Shown here: positions 38,145-49,551 of the stretch, one piece after another
Layout: each line of letters opens with the position of its first letter
Numbering within the stretch: position 1 is the first letter of the stretch
DNA from: Candidatus Saganbacteria bacterium
Lineage (GTDB): Bacteria; Margulisbacteria; WOR-1; XYC2-FULL-46-14; XYC2-FULL-37-10
DNA length: 64,000 bases
Direction: 5' to 3'
Assembly (NCBI GenBank): GCA_016223245.1
Contig: JACRPL010000016.1
Coordinates: 1,128-65,127, forward strand
Position numbers and translations under genes: made by a program
The notes under the pieces: generated by a model
Databases searched by the model: none
Told to the model about the DNA's origin: nothing
What the model saw: the letters and a program-made list of their open reading frames with translations, nothing else

Positions 38145-38810
38145 ATGAAAGCTTTCGTCTCCTGGAGTGGCGGAAAAGACAGCGCCTTCGCTTGTTACAA
38201 GGCGATAAGGCAAGGATTAGAAATAAGTTGCTTGCTTAACGCAGTGAGAAAACGCTATGGTCGCGTTGCTTTTCACGGCGTACGCAGAGAACTGATTAAG
38301 CTGCAAGCGGAAGCCATTGGCATGCCGCTCCATCAATTTATGGTCAATAAGGATAATTATGAGGGAAAATATAAGGAAGCGGTTTCCGCCGTTAAAGCTT
38401 GGGGGATCAAGGGTGGGGTGTTTGGCGATATATTTTTAGAGGATGGCCGCCAATGGGTGGAGAAAGTTTGTCGGGCGATGAGGATCAAGCCGGTTTTTCC
38501 TCTTTGGAAAATAAAGACCGAAAAGTTGATCAAGGACTTTGTTGCCGCTGGTTTTGAAGCTTACGTCGTTAGCACCCAAGCCAATCTTTTAGGTAAAGAA
38601 TGGGTAGGCCGAAGGGTGGATAAAAGTTTTATCAACGATCTTAAAAGGTTAAAGAATGTGGATATTTGCGGGGAGAATGGGGAATTCCATACTTTTGTTG
38701 TAGACGGTCCGATCTTTAACAAACGGATCAAGTTAATGAAAACCCGCAAAGTCCTTATTCGAGGATACTGGTTCTTGGATATTAGAAAATACGTATTGAT
38801 CGATAAATAA
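38145..38810 (+). CDS. Dph6/MJ0570-related N-type ATP pyrophosphatase
   Basis: It begins with the PP-loop SWSGGKDS. Confidence 0.65.
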   Translation: MKAFVSWSGGKDSAFACYKAIRQGLEISCLLNAVRKRYGRVAFHGVRRELIKLQAEAIGMPLHQFMVNKDNYEGKYKEAVSAVKAWGIKGGVFGDIFLEDGRQWVEKVCRAMRIKPVFPLWKIKTEKLIKDFVAAGFEAYVVSTQANLLGKEWVGRRVDKSFINDLKRLKNVDICGENGEFHTFVVDGPIFNKRIKLMKTRKVLIRGYWFLDIRKYVLIDK

Positions 38811-38887
38811 TTTCCTGAGTGCCCGGGTGGCGATATTCTTTTGATGTGAAATGTGAGTTATAATTTGGTATAATCTGGATAGGAGGG

Positions 38888-39148
38888 ATGCAAATGATTA
38901 TCGATTATATCGAAGCCGCATTAAAGAAAGCGCACTACGACATGATCCAGGATCAAGAGCCGTTTTATGCCGAGGTGCCTGGGCTTGACGGGGTCTATGC
39001 CAGCGGTAAAACATTGGAGGACTGCCGCAAAAATCTGGCAGAAGTAATTGATGATTGGATCGTTGTTCGGCTGAGAAGGGGATTGTCGATTCCGCCAATT
39101 GAAGGGCATAAGATCGAAGAATTGAAGGAATTGAAAATTAATGCCTAA
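38888..39148 (+). CDS. hicB: HicB-family antitoxin (UPF0150-like)
   Basis: It has YYAEVPGLDGVYASGKTLEDCRKNLAEVIDDWI. Confidence 0.55.
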   Translation: MQMIIDYIEAALKKAHYDMIQDQEPFYAEVPGLDGVYASGKTLEDCRKNLAEVIDDWIVVRLRRGLSIPPIEGHKIEELKELKINA

Positions 39149-39230
39149 ACTTGGCCCAATCTCCTGGAAAGAGCTCGTCCGTCGACTCCGAGAGTTCGGT
39201 ATCGCGGAGAGATTGGAGTTGATCTTTTAA
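39141..39230 (+). pseudogene. hicA: Truncated HicA-like toxin (29 codons, MPKLGPISWKELVRRLREFGI...)
   Basis: The N-terminus is HicA-like but the conserved GSH core is missing. The ORF ends just before the palindromic element at 39238. Confidence 0.4.
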
Positions 39231-39237
39231 ACAGGAT

Positions 39238-39300
39238 GAGACTAGTTAGGAACCTGCGAGTGAACCCTGCCTGCCGGCAGGCACGGCTCGCGGTTCCTAA
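39238..39300. repeat. Second copy of the about 70-bp palindromic element (right arm truncated)
   Basis: gagactagttaggaacctgcgagtgaaccctgcctgccggcaggcacggctcgcggttcctaa is nearly identical to 3439..3500. Confidence 0.85.
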
Positions 39301-39366
39301 AATCTACGAGGAAACCGCGACGCTTGTCCCGATTCCCACATCGGGATTTAGTCGCTGGTTTCCGAG

Positions 39367-39846
39367 TTGCTAACTGGTTTGATCGCGGCGTCTTTTAGTG
39401 TTGTTTTCATGGTAAATCACAAAGCAAGGACAACACAGGCCCCGTTGTTTGTTTATGATGAGATGGTAGCGACAAAGGCAAGCATCGCAAAACCTGCGGC
39501 TGAACGCCGCGGTTTAGAAGCGGCAGTGGGAACCGATACGTTTAGTGTCGGGGGTCCCGCCTCAGCTCCTTTGCCCATCATTCCTCCCCGTATTATTTCG
39601 CAGGTATTGCCAATATATCCCGAGTCTGCTATACAAAGCGGCGCAGCTGGCGTTGTAATTATCGAAGCGGCGATCCTCTCCACTGGAAATTTGGGACCCC
39701 TCAAAGTTAACACGACATCCGGCATCGCCGAATTGGATCAAGCAGTTGTAACGGCTGTTTCACAATGGAAATTTTCTGCGGCAACGCAGGGCGGAGCCGC
39801 TATCGCGTCGGTGTTTAAGATACCGATTAGGTTCGTATTGCGTTAA
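39367..39846 (+). CDS. TonB C-terminal-domain protein with an N-terminal TM anchor
   Basis: Its C-terminal part (...VLPIYPESAIQSGAAGVVIIEAAI...GIAELDQAVVTAVSQWKF...) resembles the TonB CTD fold. Confidence 0.5.
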   Translation: MLTGLIAASFSVVFMVNHKARTTQAPLFVYDEMVATKASIAKPAAERRGLEAAVGTDTFSVGGPASAPLPIIPPRIISQVLPIYPESAIQSGAAGVVIIEAAILSTGNLGPLKVNTTSGIAELDQAVVTAVSQWKFSAATQGGAAIASVFKIPIRFVLR

Positions 39847-39973
39847 GCGGCAGCGATACGAGAAACGGAATGCGATACGCGAAACGTTTCGCATTTCTCA
39901 GCCGCATAACGGAGGACTCAGTTAAGTGGCTTTAGAAGGACTAGGCAGGTTACGAATATTCATTGGGGAATAA

Positions 39974-40345
39974 ATGGCAAAAAATAAAATCATTAAAATC
40001 TTAATCGTTTCTCCGAAGCCGGACCAGATTTTTGAGCTTAATGCCTCTCCAGTAGAAACGGATCCCATCATTTTAAGCGCCAATATAATCCAGGATGGCA
40101 CAGATATTACTGGGAAAGTTAATATAAACTGGAAGTTAAGGTTAAGTTGGGCGACAGGATACAAAACTTATCAAACGCTATTTGAAATTTCTGGTAATCC
40201 CGCGGAAGTGAAGGTTGAAACCGGGGGAATATTGAGGGTTCGGGCGGCTGTTGTTATTGATGGAAAGGAATATTCGTCAAGAATCAAAGCCAATATTGTC
40301 GGAACTAATCCAACGCGAGACGAGACCAGATCAATAATATGCTAG
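39974..40345 (+). CDS. Hypothetical protein
   Basis: It is an ORF with no recognised motif. Confidence 0.3.
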   Translation: MAKNKIIKILIVSPKPDQIFELNASPVETDPIILSANIIQDGTDITGKVNINWKLRLSWATGYKTYQTLFEISGNPAEVKVETGGILRVRAAVVIDGKEYSSRIKANIVGTNPTRDETRSIIC

Positions 40346-40770
40346 AAAGCGATATTCTTAAGGCACTTGCCTGGCAAGAAAGCACTTGGTTGCAATTTAA
40401 AGATGATGGGCAGCCATTATTGCCTAAGATCAAAATAAAAAAAGGCCAAAAAATTCCTGCGATGAGAGGACTTTTTCAAATCAGCGAGTATTGGTGGGGG
40501 AGAGATAAAAGGATAGAGCATCAAGATCATAATCGGGTTGCCTGGCAATGGGATTATAATATCGCAACGGCTAAAGAAATTCTAAATCTGTTGCATGGTT
40601 TAGTTCTGGCCGCATATCCAGATGAAAGCGAGGAAAGAAAATGGAATAGAACTATTAAAGCTTTTCACGAAGGCGGAAGCAGCATTAATACAAAAAGAAT
40701 CCCCGATGATTTTTGGTATGTTTTAGAAGTCAGAGAAAAGCTGAAAGGGAAATTATGGGAAAAGCATTAG
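40339..40770 (+). CDS. Lytic-transglycosylase (SLT/lysozyme-like) domain protein
   Basis: It has ALAWQESTW ... MRGLFQIS, consistent with the SLT catalytic E-S and GLMQ motifs. Confidence 0.45.
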   Translation: MLESDILKALAWQESTWLQFKDDGQPLLPKIKIKKGQKIPAMRGLFQISEYWWGRDKRIEHQDHNRVAWQWDYNIATAKEILNLLHGLVLAAYPDESEERKWNRTIKAFHEGGSSINTKRIPDDFWYVLEVREKLKGKLWEKH

Positions 40771-41318
40771 GCTGTTTTCTTTTCCTAGCGTTGTTTTTTT
40801 GTTCAACTGGTATAGCCGGTGCGTCAAATAAGGCTATTAAGGAAAAATTAACAGCCCAATATTATACTGATATCAACGGAGACGGCAAAAGAGAATTACT
40901 GGTACATGATTTTTATGGCGGGACAGCCGGTTTTGGCGAACTAAGAATTTATAATTCAAAAGGCATTCTTATTTTTCGTAAAAAAGTTGAGGGCGATCCT
41001 TATCTCTGGCATCCAGTCAAACATGTTCAAGCCCTTAACCCTGATTTTTTTCCAGATTTAGATAAGGATGGCATAGTAGAAATTCTTGTTGGATATCGCG
41101 GTGAAGATGGCCATGTTTCCCATGTTGACGAACCCTGGTGGTTTGATATATATAAATGGAATGGGAAAGCTTATATTTTGGCGGATGATCAATTTCCTGG
41201 ATTTTATAAAGAAGAATTGTCCGGATATAAATCTTTTGCCAAAGAAAAAGGCGAATGTGAATTAATCAGGGAATATATTAGAAGGGCAGAAAGATTTGCA
41301 GGTCTGGAAGAGGATTAG
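40713..41318 (+). CDS. Hypothetical secreted protein with FG-GAP/VCBS-like Asp-rich repeats
   Basis: It has a signal peptide and the repeats DINGDGKRELLV and DLDKDGIVEILVGY. Confidence 0.4.
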   Translation: MVCFRSQRKAEREIMGKALGCFLFLALFFCSTGIAGASNKAIKEKLTAQYYTDINGDGKRELLVHDFYGGTAGFGELRIYNSKGILIFRKKVEGDPYLWHPVKHVQALNPDFFPDLDKDGIVEILVGYRGEDGHVSHVDEPWWFDIYKWNGKAYILADDQFPGFYKEELSGYKSFAKEKGECELIREYIRRAERFAGLEED

Positions 41319-41326
41319 GAGATAGC

Positions 41327-41548
41327 ATGGCATTAGAAGGCTTAGGTAGATTACTTATCTATATAGGCGTCATAATCGTAATGATAGGCGCCTTCCTTCT
41401 TTTGGTCTCAAAGCTTCCGTGGTTTGGAAGGCTGCCAGGGGACATCGCGTGGCAAAAAGACGGCTGGACGATCTACGTGCCCTTGACGACTATGGTACTG
41501 GTTTCTATTGTAATAACAATAATCTTAAATTTTGTTTTTCGTAAATGA
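41327..41548 (+). CDS. DUF2905-family small membrane protein
   Basis: It has PWFGRLPGDI...GWTIYVPLTT and is 73 aa. Confidence 0.55.
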   Translation: MALEGLGRLLIYIGVIIVMIGAFLLLVSKLPWFGRLPGDIAWQKDGWTIYVPLTTMVLVSIVITIILNFVFRK

Positions 41549-42723
41549 TCCCAATCGACCTTAAAACATCCGACTTCGATTATGATCTTCCCCAAAGTTT
41601 GATCGCTCAAACACCGACCAATAAACGCGACGAATCGCGATTGATGGTCCTCAACCGAAAAGAAAAAACAATCGAACACAGGCTATTCAAAGATATTATT
41701 GACTATCTAATGCCCGAGGATCTTCTGGTATTAAACGACACAAAAGTAATGCCCGCGAATCTTATTGGGAAGAAGGCTGATGGGACGGCGAGGATTGAAG
41801 TTCTTCTTGTTCAGCGATGGAAACCTGCGACTAAATCCCGATGTGGGAATCGGGACAAGCGTCGCGGTTTCCAAAAATGGACATGTCTTGTGAAACCCGG
41901 CAAACGATTAAAAATAGGATCGAAAATAGTTTTCTCGGGAAAATTAACAGGTACGATCCGTGAGAAATTAGAATCCGGAGAACAAGTTATCGAGTTTATA
42001 GGCGAACTTCAGGGATTTATGCGTGAGCATGGGGAGATACCATTGCCGCCTTATATAAAAGTAGCTAACTCACCCCCTCAATCCCCCTCTCTTATTAAGA
42101 GAGGGGGAAGCCCGAAGGGCGGGGGTGAGTTGATCGCTAGATATCAGACAGTCTACGCCGAGAAAGAAGGCGCCTCGGCGGCGCCAACGGCGGGGCTTCA
42201 CTTTACCTCCGAACTTTTGGATCAAATAAAAGCAAAAGGCGTCAACATCGCGAAAATAACCCTTCACACTGGGCTTGGGACCTTTAAACCAGTTTATGCC
42301 GAATATATTAAAGACCATAAGATGTTCGAGGAAGAATACGAGGTGTCTGCGGAAACAATACGCGCGATATCCCGATGTAACATCGGGATGAAACGCGTGA
42401 TCGCGGTCGGAACAACGAGTGTTAGGACATTGGAAACCATTTACCCACACTTACATCTCCCTCTTATCAAGGGGGAGAACGAGAGGGGGTCAACCGACAT
42501 CTTTATCTATCCAGGATTTAAATTTCAAATAGTTGATGCCATGATTACGAATTTTCACATTCCAAGATCAACTTTGCTGATGCTTGTTTCCGCCTTCGCA
42601 CAGAATGCTTCGGCGGACAAGTCCGCCTTCGCAGGGAGAGATTTTATTTTTCGTGCTTATAAAGAAGCGATAGATAAGGAATATAGATTTTTCAGCTTTG
42701 GCGATGCGATGCTTATTATTTAA
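41545..42723 (+). CDS. queA: S-adenosylmethionine:tRNA ribosyltransferase-isomerase, with two in-frame palindromic-element insertions
   Basis: It begins DFDYDLPQSLIAQTP and has the QueA core. It is longer than usual because of the inserts SPPQSPSLIKRGGSPKGGGE and HLPLIKGENERGSTD. Confidence 0.8.
   Translation: MIPIDLKTSDFDYDLPQSLIAQTPTNKRDESRLMVLNRKEKTIEHRLFKDIIDYLMPEDLLVLNDTKVMPANLIGKKADGTARIEVLLVQRWKPATKSRCGNRDKRRGFQKWTCLVKPGKRLKIGSKIVFSGKLTGTIREKLESGEQVIEFIGELQGFMREHGEIPLPPYIKVANSPPQSPSLIKRGGSPKGGGELIARYQTVYAEKEGASAAPTAGLHFTSELLDQIKAKGVNIAKITLHTGLGTFKPVYAEYIKDHKMFEEEYEVSAETIRAISRCNIGMKRVIAVGTTSVRTLETIYPHLHLPLIKGENERGSTDIFIYPGFKFQIVDAMITNFHIPRSTLLMLVSAFAQNASADKSAFAGRDFIFRAYKEAIDKEYRFFSFGDAMLII
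42068..42130. repeat. GC-rich nested palindromic element inserted in-frame in queA
   Basis: actcaccccc-tcaat-ccccctctcttattaagagaggggg-aagcccgaagggc-gggggtgagt is present. Confidence 0.75.
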
Positions 42724-42732
42724 TTGCTATAA

Positions 42733-44769
42733 TTAAAAGAAAATAATCCTTTTTACCTCGTTTAACAAATCGCAAAATTTTTCGTAGGATGCCTCAAATT
42801 CTTCAGAGTTTTGAATAGAGTCTTCCAATGCTTTCAATTGGCCCAATATCTTCTCTTTTAATTCGGGTCGCAGTTTTCCAATGCTTGCGGCAAATAGGTT
42901 TCGCGTCTCCGATATTTTCTTTTTAAGCCTTAAAACTCTTGATCCAGCCATCTCAAGGTCGGAAATAAAAGAATAAATATATACTTGCGCCTCTGTCAAG
43001 AGCGCTTCATATTCTTTCCTTTCCGCGGGAATGATTGAAAATCTTTCAATCCTCCCGATAAGGGCCGCTAAATCGCCATTTGGCCTTTTATTTATTTTTT
43101 CAAACTCCTCTTTGATCTTTAGCAATTCTTTTATTATTTGGGGCCTTTGGCGCCTGTAATTTTCTATTAGCGCAGAAGCCTCGAGGCTGTAGTCCGATTT
43201 TATTTCAGCGTCAATTTCCGCCTTAAGGCGCGATATCCTTGCCTTAACTTGCGGCATTAAATTCGCTTCGTCGCGCTTCACCGGGTATGCCCATCTTCCA
43301 TAAGCGGCAAGTTTCTCGTGCGCCAAAAAAGGAGAGGCTTCGCCTTCGGCTTTTTTTGCGAGTTGAGCCTGCTCTAAATAAAGCTTTAATCTTATGAATT
43401 GCAAGTCGCTAAAATCTCCCGGGATCAAAGATGCCCCCTTAAGGGCCATGATTGCCTCCGCAATAAGCTCTGCCGCAACAGATTTAAGAACGCTGTTATT
43501 TTCTTTCTTATAATCCTTGCTGAAAACCAAGGCGGTTTTTACGGAGCTCAAGATGGAATATAAGCACCTGTAGCCAACTAATACGTCATCGGGTATCTTA
43601 TTAAAAATTTCACGGATAATTTTATCCAGGTCTTCGTGGGATTTAGCGTCTTCAAGCAGGGCATTGGACAAAGCAAACCCTAAAACGGCAAAATCGCGGA
43701 TAAAGCTTTTTTTGCTTTTGGCTGATGTTTCAAGGATTTTCAAAGCCGTCGCAAGATAAGTTGCGTCTCTTTTCCCTTTTCTCGAATTGATAAGCTCTTT
43801 TGTCAGGGCAACAAAATCTTTGAGACTAGTCCAAGCATGGGCTTTTGTTTCATCCGGCATAATATCAGATGTTGGCAGGGATGGTTTTCGTGTTGTTCTT
43901 AAGGATTCGGGGATATTAGGATTTGGCACTGCTTCAGAATCGACAGCTTGGGCCCAAGCCTTCAAGCTTTCAAAATCCATCTGCCCGCGATATTTTTGTT
44001 TAATTGGGTAAGATAGGTTAAAGATTGTTCTTTGGAAGGATTCGCTCCATTGGGAGGCAATTGCAATCTTAATTAAAAAGCCTGCAACTTTTTTTCTCAT
44101 TCCATCACTCATCTGCCAATCTTCAATATAACCAAAAAAGCCCAATAATATTGGGTTGCCGTTGTTTTTGATATTTAGCTCATTTTTTACCACAAGAAGA
44201 AATGCGATGGCATCCGTAATGCCTTTTGTCTTATCGGCGAGAAAAGCTTCAACAAATTCGATATTCTTGTCCCAATTCCCCATTTCTTCGGTGCGGAGCT
44301 CTAATTTTTGGCTTCCCAAAGTAAAGGCATTTAGAGCCTCATCATAAGCCATCCGCCTTGATCTTGCATATTCCTTTACAGCATTGTCAAATTTCAAAAG
44401 ATCGACGTCGTCAATGTTTGACGCTTCTGGTTCTTTTTGCGCTGTCTTATCCCCATCAAGATGCCATCCCCTGGCAATTGTCCTAACAAGAACAAACTGT
44501 TTCGGGTCTATTCCTAATGCCATAAGCTCTTCAAAGCTTAAGCCGTCGCTTAGATCGATTTTTGTAAATGTTTGGTCGGCAGATTTGTCATTTTTATCTT
44601 TTATGACAACAACATTTCCTGAAAACTTTGCGTAAACAAAGGTATCGGCGCTTCCATCGCCTTTATCGTTAGTGTCGCCGATCTTCTTCAGTTCATCTTT
44701 TTTAAGGAACAGATTCCAAGAAGAAATAAGGCGCACATAAAGATTTGTATTTGTTTTTAATTCCGCCAT
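42733..44769 (-). CDS. Large hypothetical protein (678 aa)
   Basis: It is a long ORF with no recognised motif and is predicted mostly helical. Confidence 0.4.
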   Translation of the reverse strand: MAELKTNTNLYVRLISSWNLFLKKDELKKIGDTNDKGDGSADTFVYAKFSGNVVVIKDKNDKSADQTFTKIDLSDGLSFEELMALGIDPKQFVLVRTIARGWHLDGDKTAQKEPEASNIDDVDLLKFDNAVKEYARSRRMAYDEALNAFTLGSQKLELRTEEMGNWDKNIEFVEAFLADKTKGITDAIAFLLVVKNELNIKNNGNPILLGFFGYIEDWQMSDGMRKKVAGFLIKIAIASQWSESFQRTIFNLSYPIKQKYRGQMDFESLKAWAQAVDSEAVPNPNIPESLRTTRKPSLPTSDIMPDETKAHAWTSLKDFVALTKELINSRKGKRDATYLATALKILETSAKSKKSFIRDFAVLGFALSNALLEDAKSHEDLDKIIREIFNKIPDDVLVGYRCLYSILSSVKTALVFSKDYKKENNSVLKSVAAELIAEAIMALKGASLIPGDFSDLQFIRLKLYLEQAQLAKKAEGEASPFLAHEKLAAYGRWAYPVKRDEANLMPQVKARISRLKAEIDAEIKSDYSLEASALIENYRRQRPQIIKELLKIKEEFEKINKRPNGDLAALIGRIERFSIIPAERKEYEALLTEAQVYIYSFISDLEMAGSRVLRLKKKISETRNLFAASIGKLRPELKEKILGQLKALEDSIQNSEEFEASYEKFCDLLNEVKRIIFF

Positions 44770-44829
44770 GCATAATGATCGAAAATAATTTAAGCGGATT
44801 TCAGGCGGGCAACATTTATTTTTTAATTT

Positions 44830-45789
44830 TTACAAGTATTCGGGCGAAAAAGAAATGGATATATATTGGCTGGTCAGCTCCGATTGGAACGCATCCGCCA
44901 TGTATGCGTAATCGAACGAAAAACCCGATGCTTTTAGCCCCAAGCCAAAAGTATAATTGTTCGCTATATTACTTTGGCCGATCGCTTTTTGACTAACGCC
45001 CGCCCTAAATGATAAATTTTGAGCTACTTTCCACTCCGTCCCAAAATGTAAAAGCAACGGCTTTTGTTCCGATAATGAGCTTTCGCTGTCCGCGGCAATA
45101 AGGATACTGGATCCTATCAATTTATATGATCCGCCGAGCCTCAATGCCGCCGGGAGCTTATCGGCGTTGCTCGATCCCCAAGAAATATTGCCTCTCAAGA
45201 AATTCTGGAAGCTTAATCCAAAATTAAAATCTTTTGGCCCGGCTAATATCAGCCCGAAATCGCAATCTATCCCGGAGCCGTTTCCGTCAACAACGCCTCC
45301 CAGGAAATTCCTCATATATTTGACATTGAGGCCAATAGACAAGTTTCCCATGGCAGGGCTTACTTTCATGATCTTATTCATATTTTGCGCGGCGGTCAAA
45401 ATAAACATCGAGCTTGAATATGAAATAGGGGAGGCGGAAGCCATGCTTGCCTTATCTGTCGTGCCGAATCCCGCAGGGGATAATGCGGAAATATAATTGA
45501 GGCCGAAAAACCCGTTCATTGCGGCGATTGTCCCGCCATACAATTTATAATCGACAGTGTTCAGGGCCTTTGTCTGCATGGTAGTTGCTTCAAAGGTCTT
45601 CGTTTGTGAAATTCCAGCGGGATTGAACGCGATCGAATTTGAATCCCCAAAGATCGCCGTGAACGAATTGCCCATGGCAAGGGGTCTTGCGCCGACGCTT
45701 GAATTTAGGATATCGGTTGACAAACCCGCGAGACATATCTTGGGAAATATTGCCAAAAGACAAATGCTTATTAATAATTTATTAGTCAT
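44830..45789 (-). CDS. Outer-membrane beta-barrel protein of the FadL/PorV-like superfamily
   Basis: It has a signal peptide and the N-terminal motif GARPLAMGNSFTAIFGDSNSIAFNPAG. Confidence 0.45.
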   Translation of the reverse strand: MTNKLLISICLLAIFPKICLAGLSTDILNSSVGARPLAMGNSFTAIFGDSNSIAFNPAGISQTKTFEATTMQTKALNTVDYKLYGGTIAAMNGFFGLNYISALSPAGFGTTDKASMASASPISYSSSMFILTAAQNMNKIMKVSPAMGNLSIGLNVKYMRNFLGGVVDGNGSGIDCDFGLILAGPKDFNFGLSFQNFLRGNISWGSSNADKLPAALRLGGSYKLIGSSILIAADSESSLSEQKPLLLHFGTEWKVAQNLSFRAGVSQKAIGQSNIANNYTFGLGLKASGFSFDYAYMADAFQSELTSQYISISFSPEYL

Positions 45790-46504
45790 AGACAGCTATT
45801 TGCCCATATTTAATGACTTTTCCCTGATAAATAATGATATATGGATAAGCGCCGTTGCCGACTTGCGATCCAAAATCGGTATTTCCGTTCCATGAGACCT
45901 CGTTGTATCCCTGTCTGCCGCCGAGCCCAACACCCGCCGAGTCCTGTGCTCCTGCAGTTCCGGTCAGGCGCTTTACCATATTTCCGTTAAGATCATAGAT
46001 ATTTATTGATGTGTCGCCGTCGTCGGTCAAAGTATATGTGATCTTTGTTGTTTCGCCGTGAAGCGGCTTAAAAGGGTTTGGATAATTCATTGCATTGCCG
46101 GTGACAGTTACAGTTCCTAGGACCGAAACCGAAAATGTCGACGTGGAAGTTTCGGCCCCAAGGTTATTTGCGCTAACTTGGATTATATGGGAGCCTTTAT
46201 CGAGCGCCGAAGTTACAGTATACGTTGCCTCATAGGATGTTTGTCCTTCGGTTGTGGGAGATATTGTGAAAGTTTTAATGCCGCCATCGATCGTAAGAGA
46301 GATCGTCATTTTATTAATGCCTGTCGCGTCTGAAATTTTTGCGGAAATTATTGGGAGCCGTCTTACCGTTGTGCCGGCGGAAAGAGTTACTCCGTCCGTA
46401 TAAATTGTTATAGTTGGAGCGGCGACCGCTTGCGCGGTAATGACCAATGACCAATAACCAATGACCAATAATGAAAATATTATAATAGCAAATATCTTTT
46501 TCAT
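45782..46504 (-). CDS. Secreted protein with LLVIGYWSLVI signal peptide and FlgD-Ig-like C-terminal domain
   Basis: A (TTGGTCA)n heptamer repeat encodes the signal peptide, and the C-terminus reads ...YNEVSWNGNTDFGSQVGNGAYPYIIIY. Confidence 0.5.
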   Translation of the reverse strand: MKKIFAIIIFSLLVIGYWSLVITAQAVAAPTITIYTDGVTLSAGTTVRRLPIISAKISDATGINKMTISLTIDGGIKTFTISPTTEGQTSYEATYTVTSALDKGSHIIQVSANNLGAETSTSTFSVSVLGTVTVTGNAMNYPNPFKPLHGETTKITYTLTDDGDTSINIYDLNGNMVKRLTGTAGAQDSAGVGLGGRQGYNEVSWNGNTDFGSQVGNGAYPYIIIYQGKVIKYGQIAVYD

Positions 46505-46570
46505 TTGAAGACATTATACATCAAGACATGGAAACCTGCGACAATATCGTCGCGGTTTCCAATATGGTAG

Positions 46571-48450
<1,880 letters not shown>

Positions 48451-48600
48451 TACAATTAACTCACAGTTAGCATGAAAAACACAAATCAATTCCGCCTGCT
48501 CATAATTTTTGCCATTCTAGGCGCTTCAATTGATTCCATGGCTGGAGTTATTGCGAGAGGGAATCGGAACGAATTGCCAACAAGGCTATTTTGAAGCCAT

Positions 48601-49266
48601 TTAAGGCTTAATGATCCTATCTTTTAGCGCTTTTGCTTCTGATTCATAATAGCTTTGCCAATCCGACTCGTTCAATTTTTCAAGCAATTTTGGATAATCT
48701 TTTAATTCTTTTGCAAGCAATAACTGCGCTCCCAGTTTCAATAGGTCTATATGCCAATCAAACTTAATCCTTGCTTTTTTTAGGAGATCGTTGATTTGGA
48801 AATTGTATTTTTTATTTATCATAAATAGATCCATAAAATCCCTGGAACGGGGGTTCTGATAAATAGTAAAGATTTTATTGACCGCGATATCCAAAACACT
48901 GTCAATCCTTATCCCGCCGATAGTTTTTGGCTTTTCAATTGACGGGAACGGAAAATATGTGAATTCCGATTTCAGCATCTTATTATTGCCGAATCTCAAG
49001 ACGATAATATTGCGATTATAGCTTGTATTTAAGTCGAACTTTTCAAACCCCAGGCTGGTTTTAATGGATTTTAGGAAAACAATAATGGAATTAATGTCGA
49101 TCTCATTTTCAGAGAAAAAATCCAGATCTTCGGAAAAGCGGTAGGGAATATAGTATTCAGCCAAAGCTGTGCCGCCGGAAAGATAAAAATCGTTGACTAT
49201 ATTTTTGTTTTTTGACAACAGGCCAAGAAAAACCTTTTGCCTGCCGCTTAAAATAGATTTTTTCAT
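48601..49266 (-). CDS. Nucleotidyltransferase AbiEii/AbiGii toxin family (second copy)
   Basis: It has FYLSGGTALAEYYIPYRFSEDLDFF. Confidence 0.55.
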   Translation of the reverse strand: MKKSILSGRQKVFLGLLSKNKNIVNDFYLSGGTALAEYYIPYRFSEDLDFFSENEIDINSIIVFLKSIKTSLGFEKFDLNTSYNRNIIVLRFGNNKMLKSEFTYFPFPSIEKPKTIGGIRIDSVLDIAVNKIFTIYQNPRSRDFMDLFMINKKYNFQINDLLKKARIKFDWHIDLLKLGAQLLLAKELKDYPKLLEKLNESDWQSYYESEAKALKDRIIKP

Positions 49267-49460
49267 GAAGAGTGCAAAAGAAATCCTAAATATTTCTTCT
49301 TTAAAGGATCGATGTGAAGTTTTCCTATGTTTGCTTCAAGCTCTTTTTGATCAAGTTTTTCGCCTGAAAGGCCGTAATTTATAAGCTGTTCTAAACGCCA
49401 AATGGCATATTTTTCGGGGTATTTTTTGAGTTTTTTAACATCAACTGACCAATTGTACAT
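49263..49460 (-). CDS. Small partner protein of the AbiEii-type gene (putative antitoxin)
   Basis: It is 65 aa and overlaps the AbiEii gene by 4 nt. Confidence 0.3.
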   Translation of the reverse strand: MYNWSVDVKKLKKYPEKYAIWRLEQLINYGLSGEKLDQKELEANIGKLHIDPLKKKYLGFLLHSS

Positions 49461-49551
49461 AATATTATTATATCACATTTAGTGAGCATTTTGGCGCAAA
49501 TTTCAGTTGGACAAAAAAAATATTCTTTGATACAATTAACTCACAGTTAGC

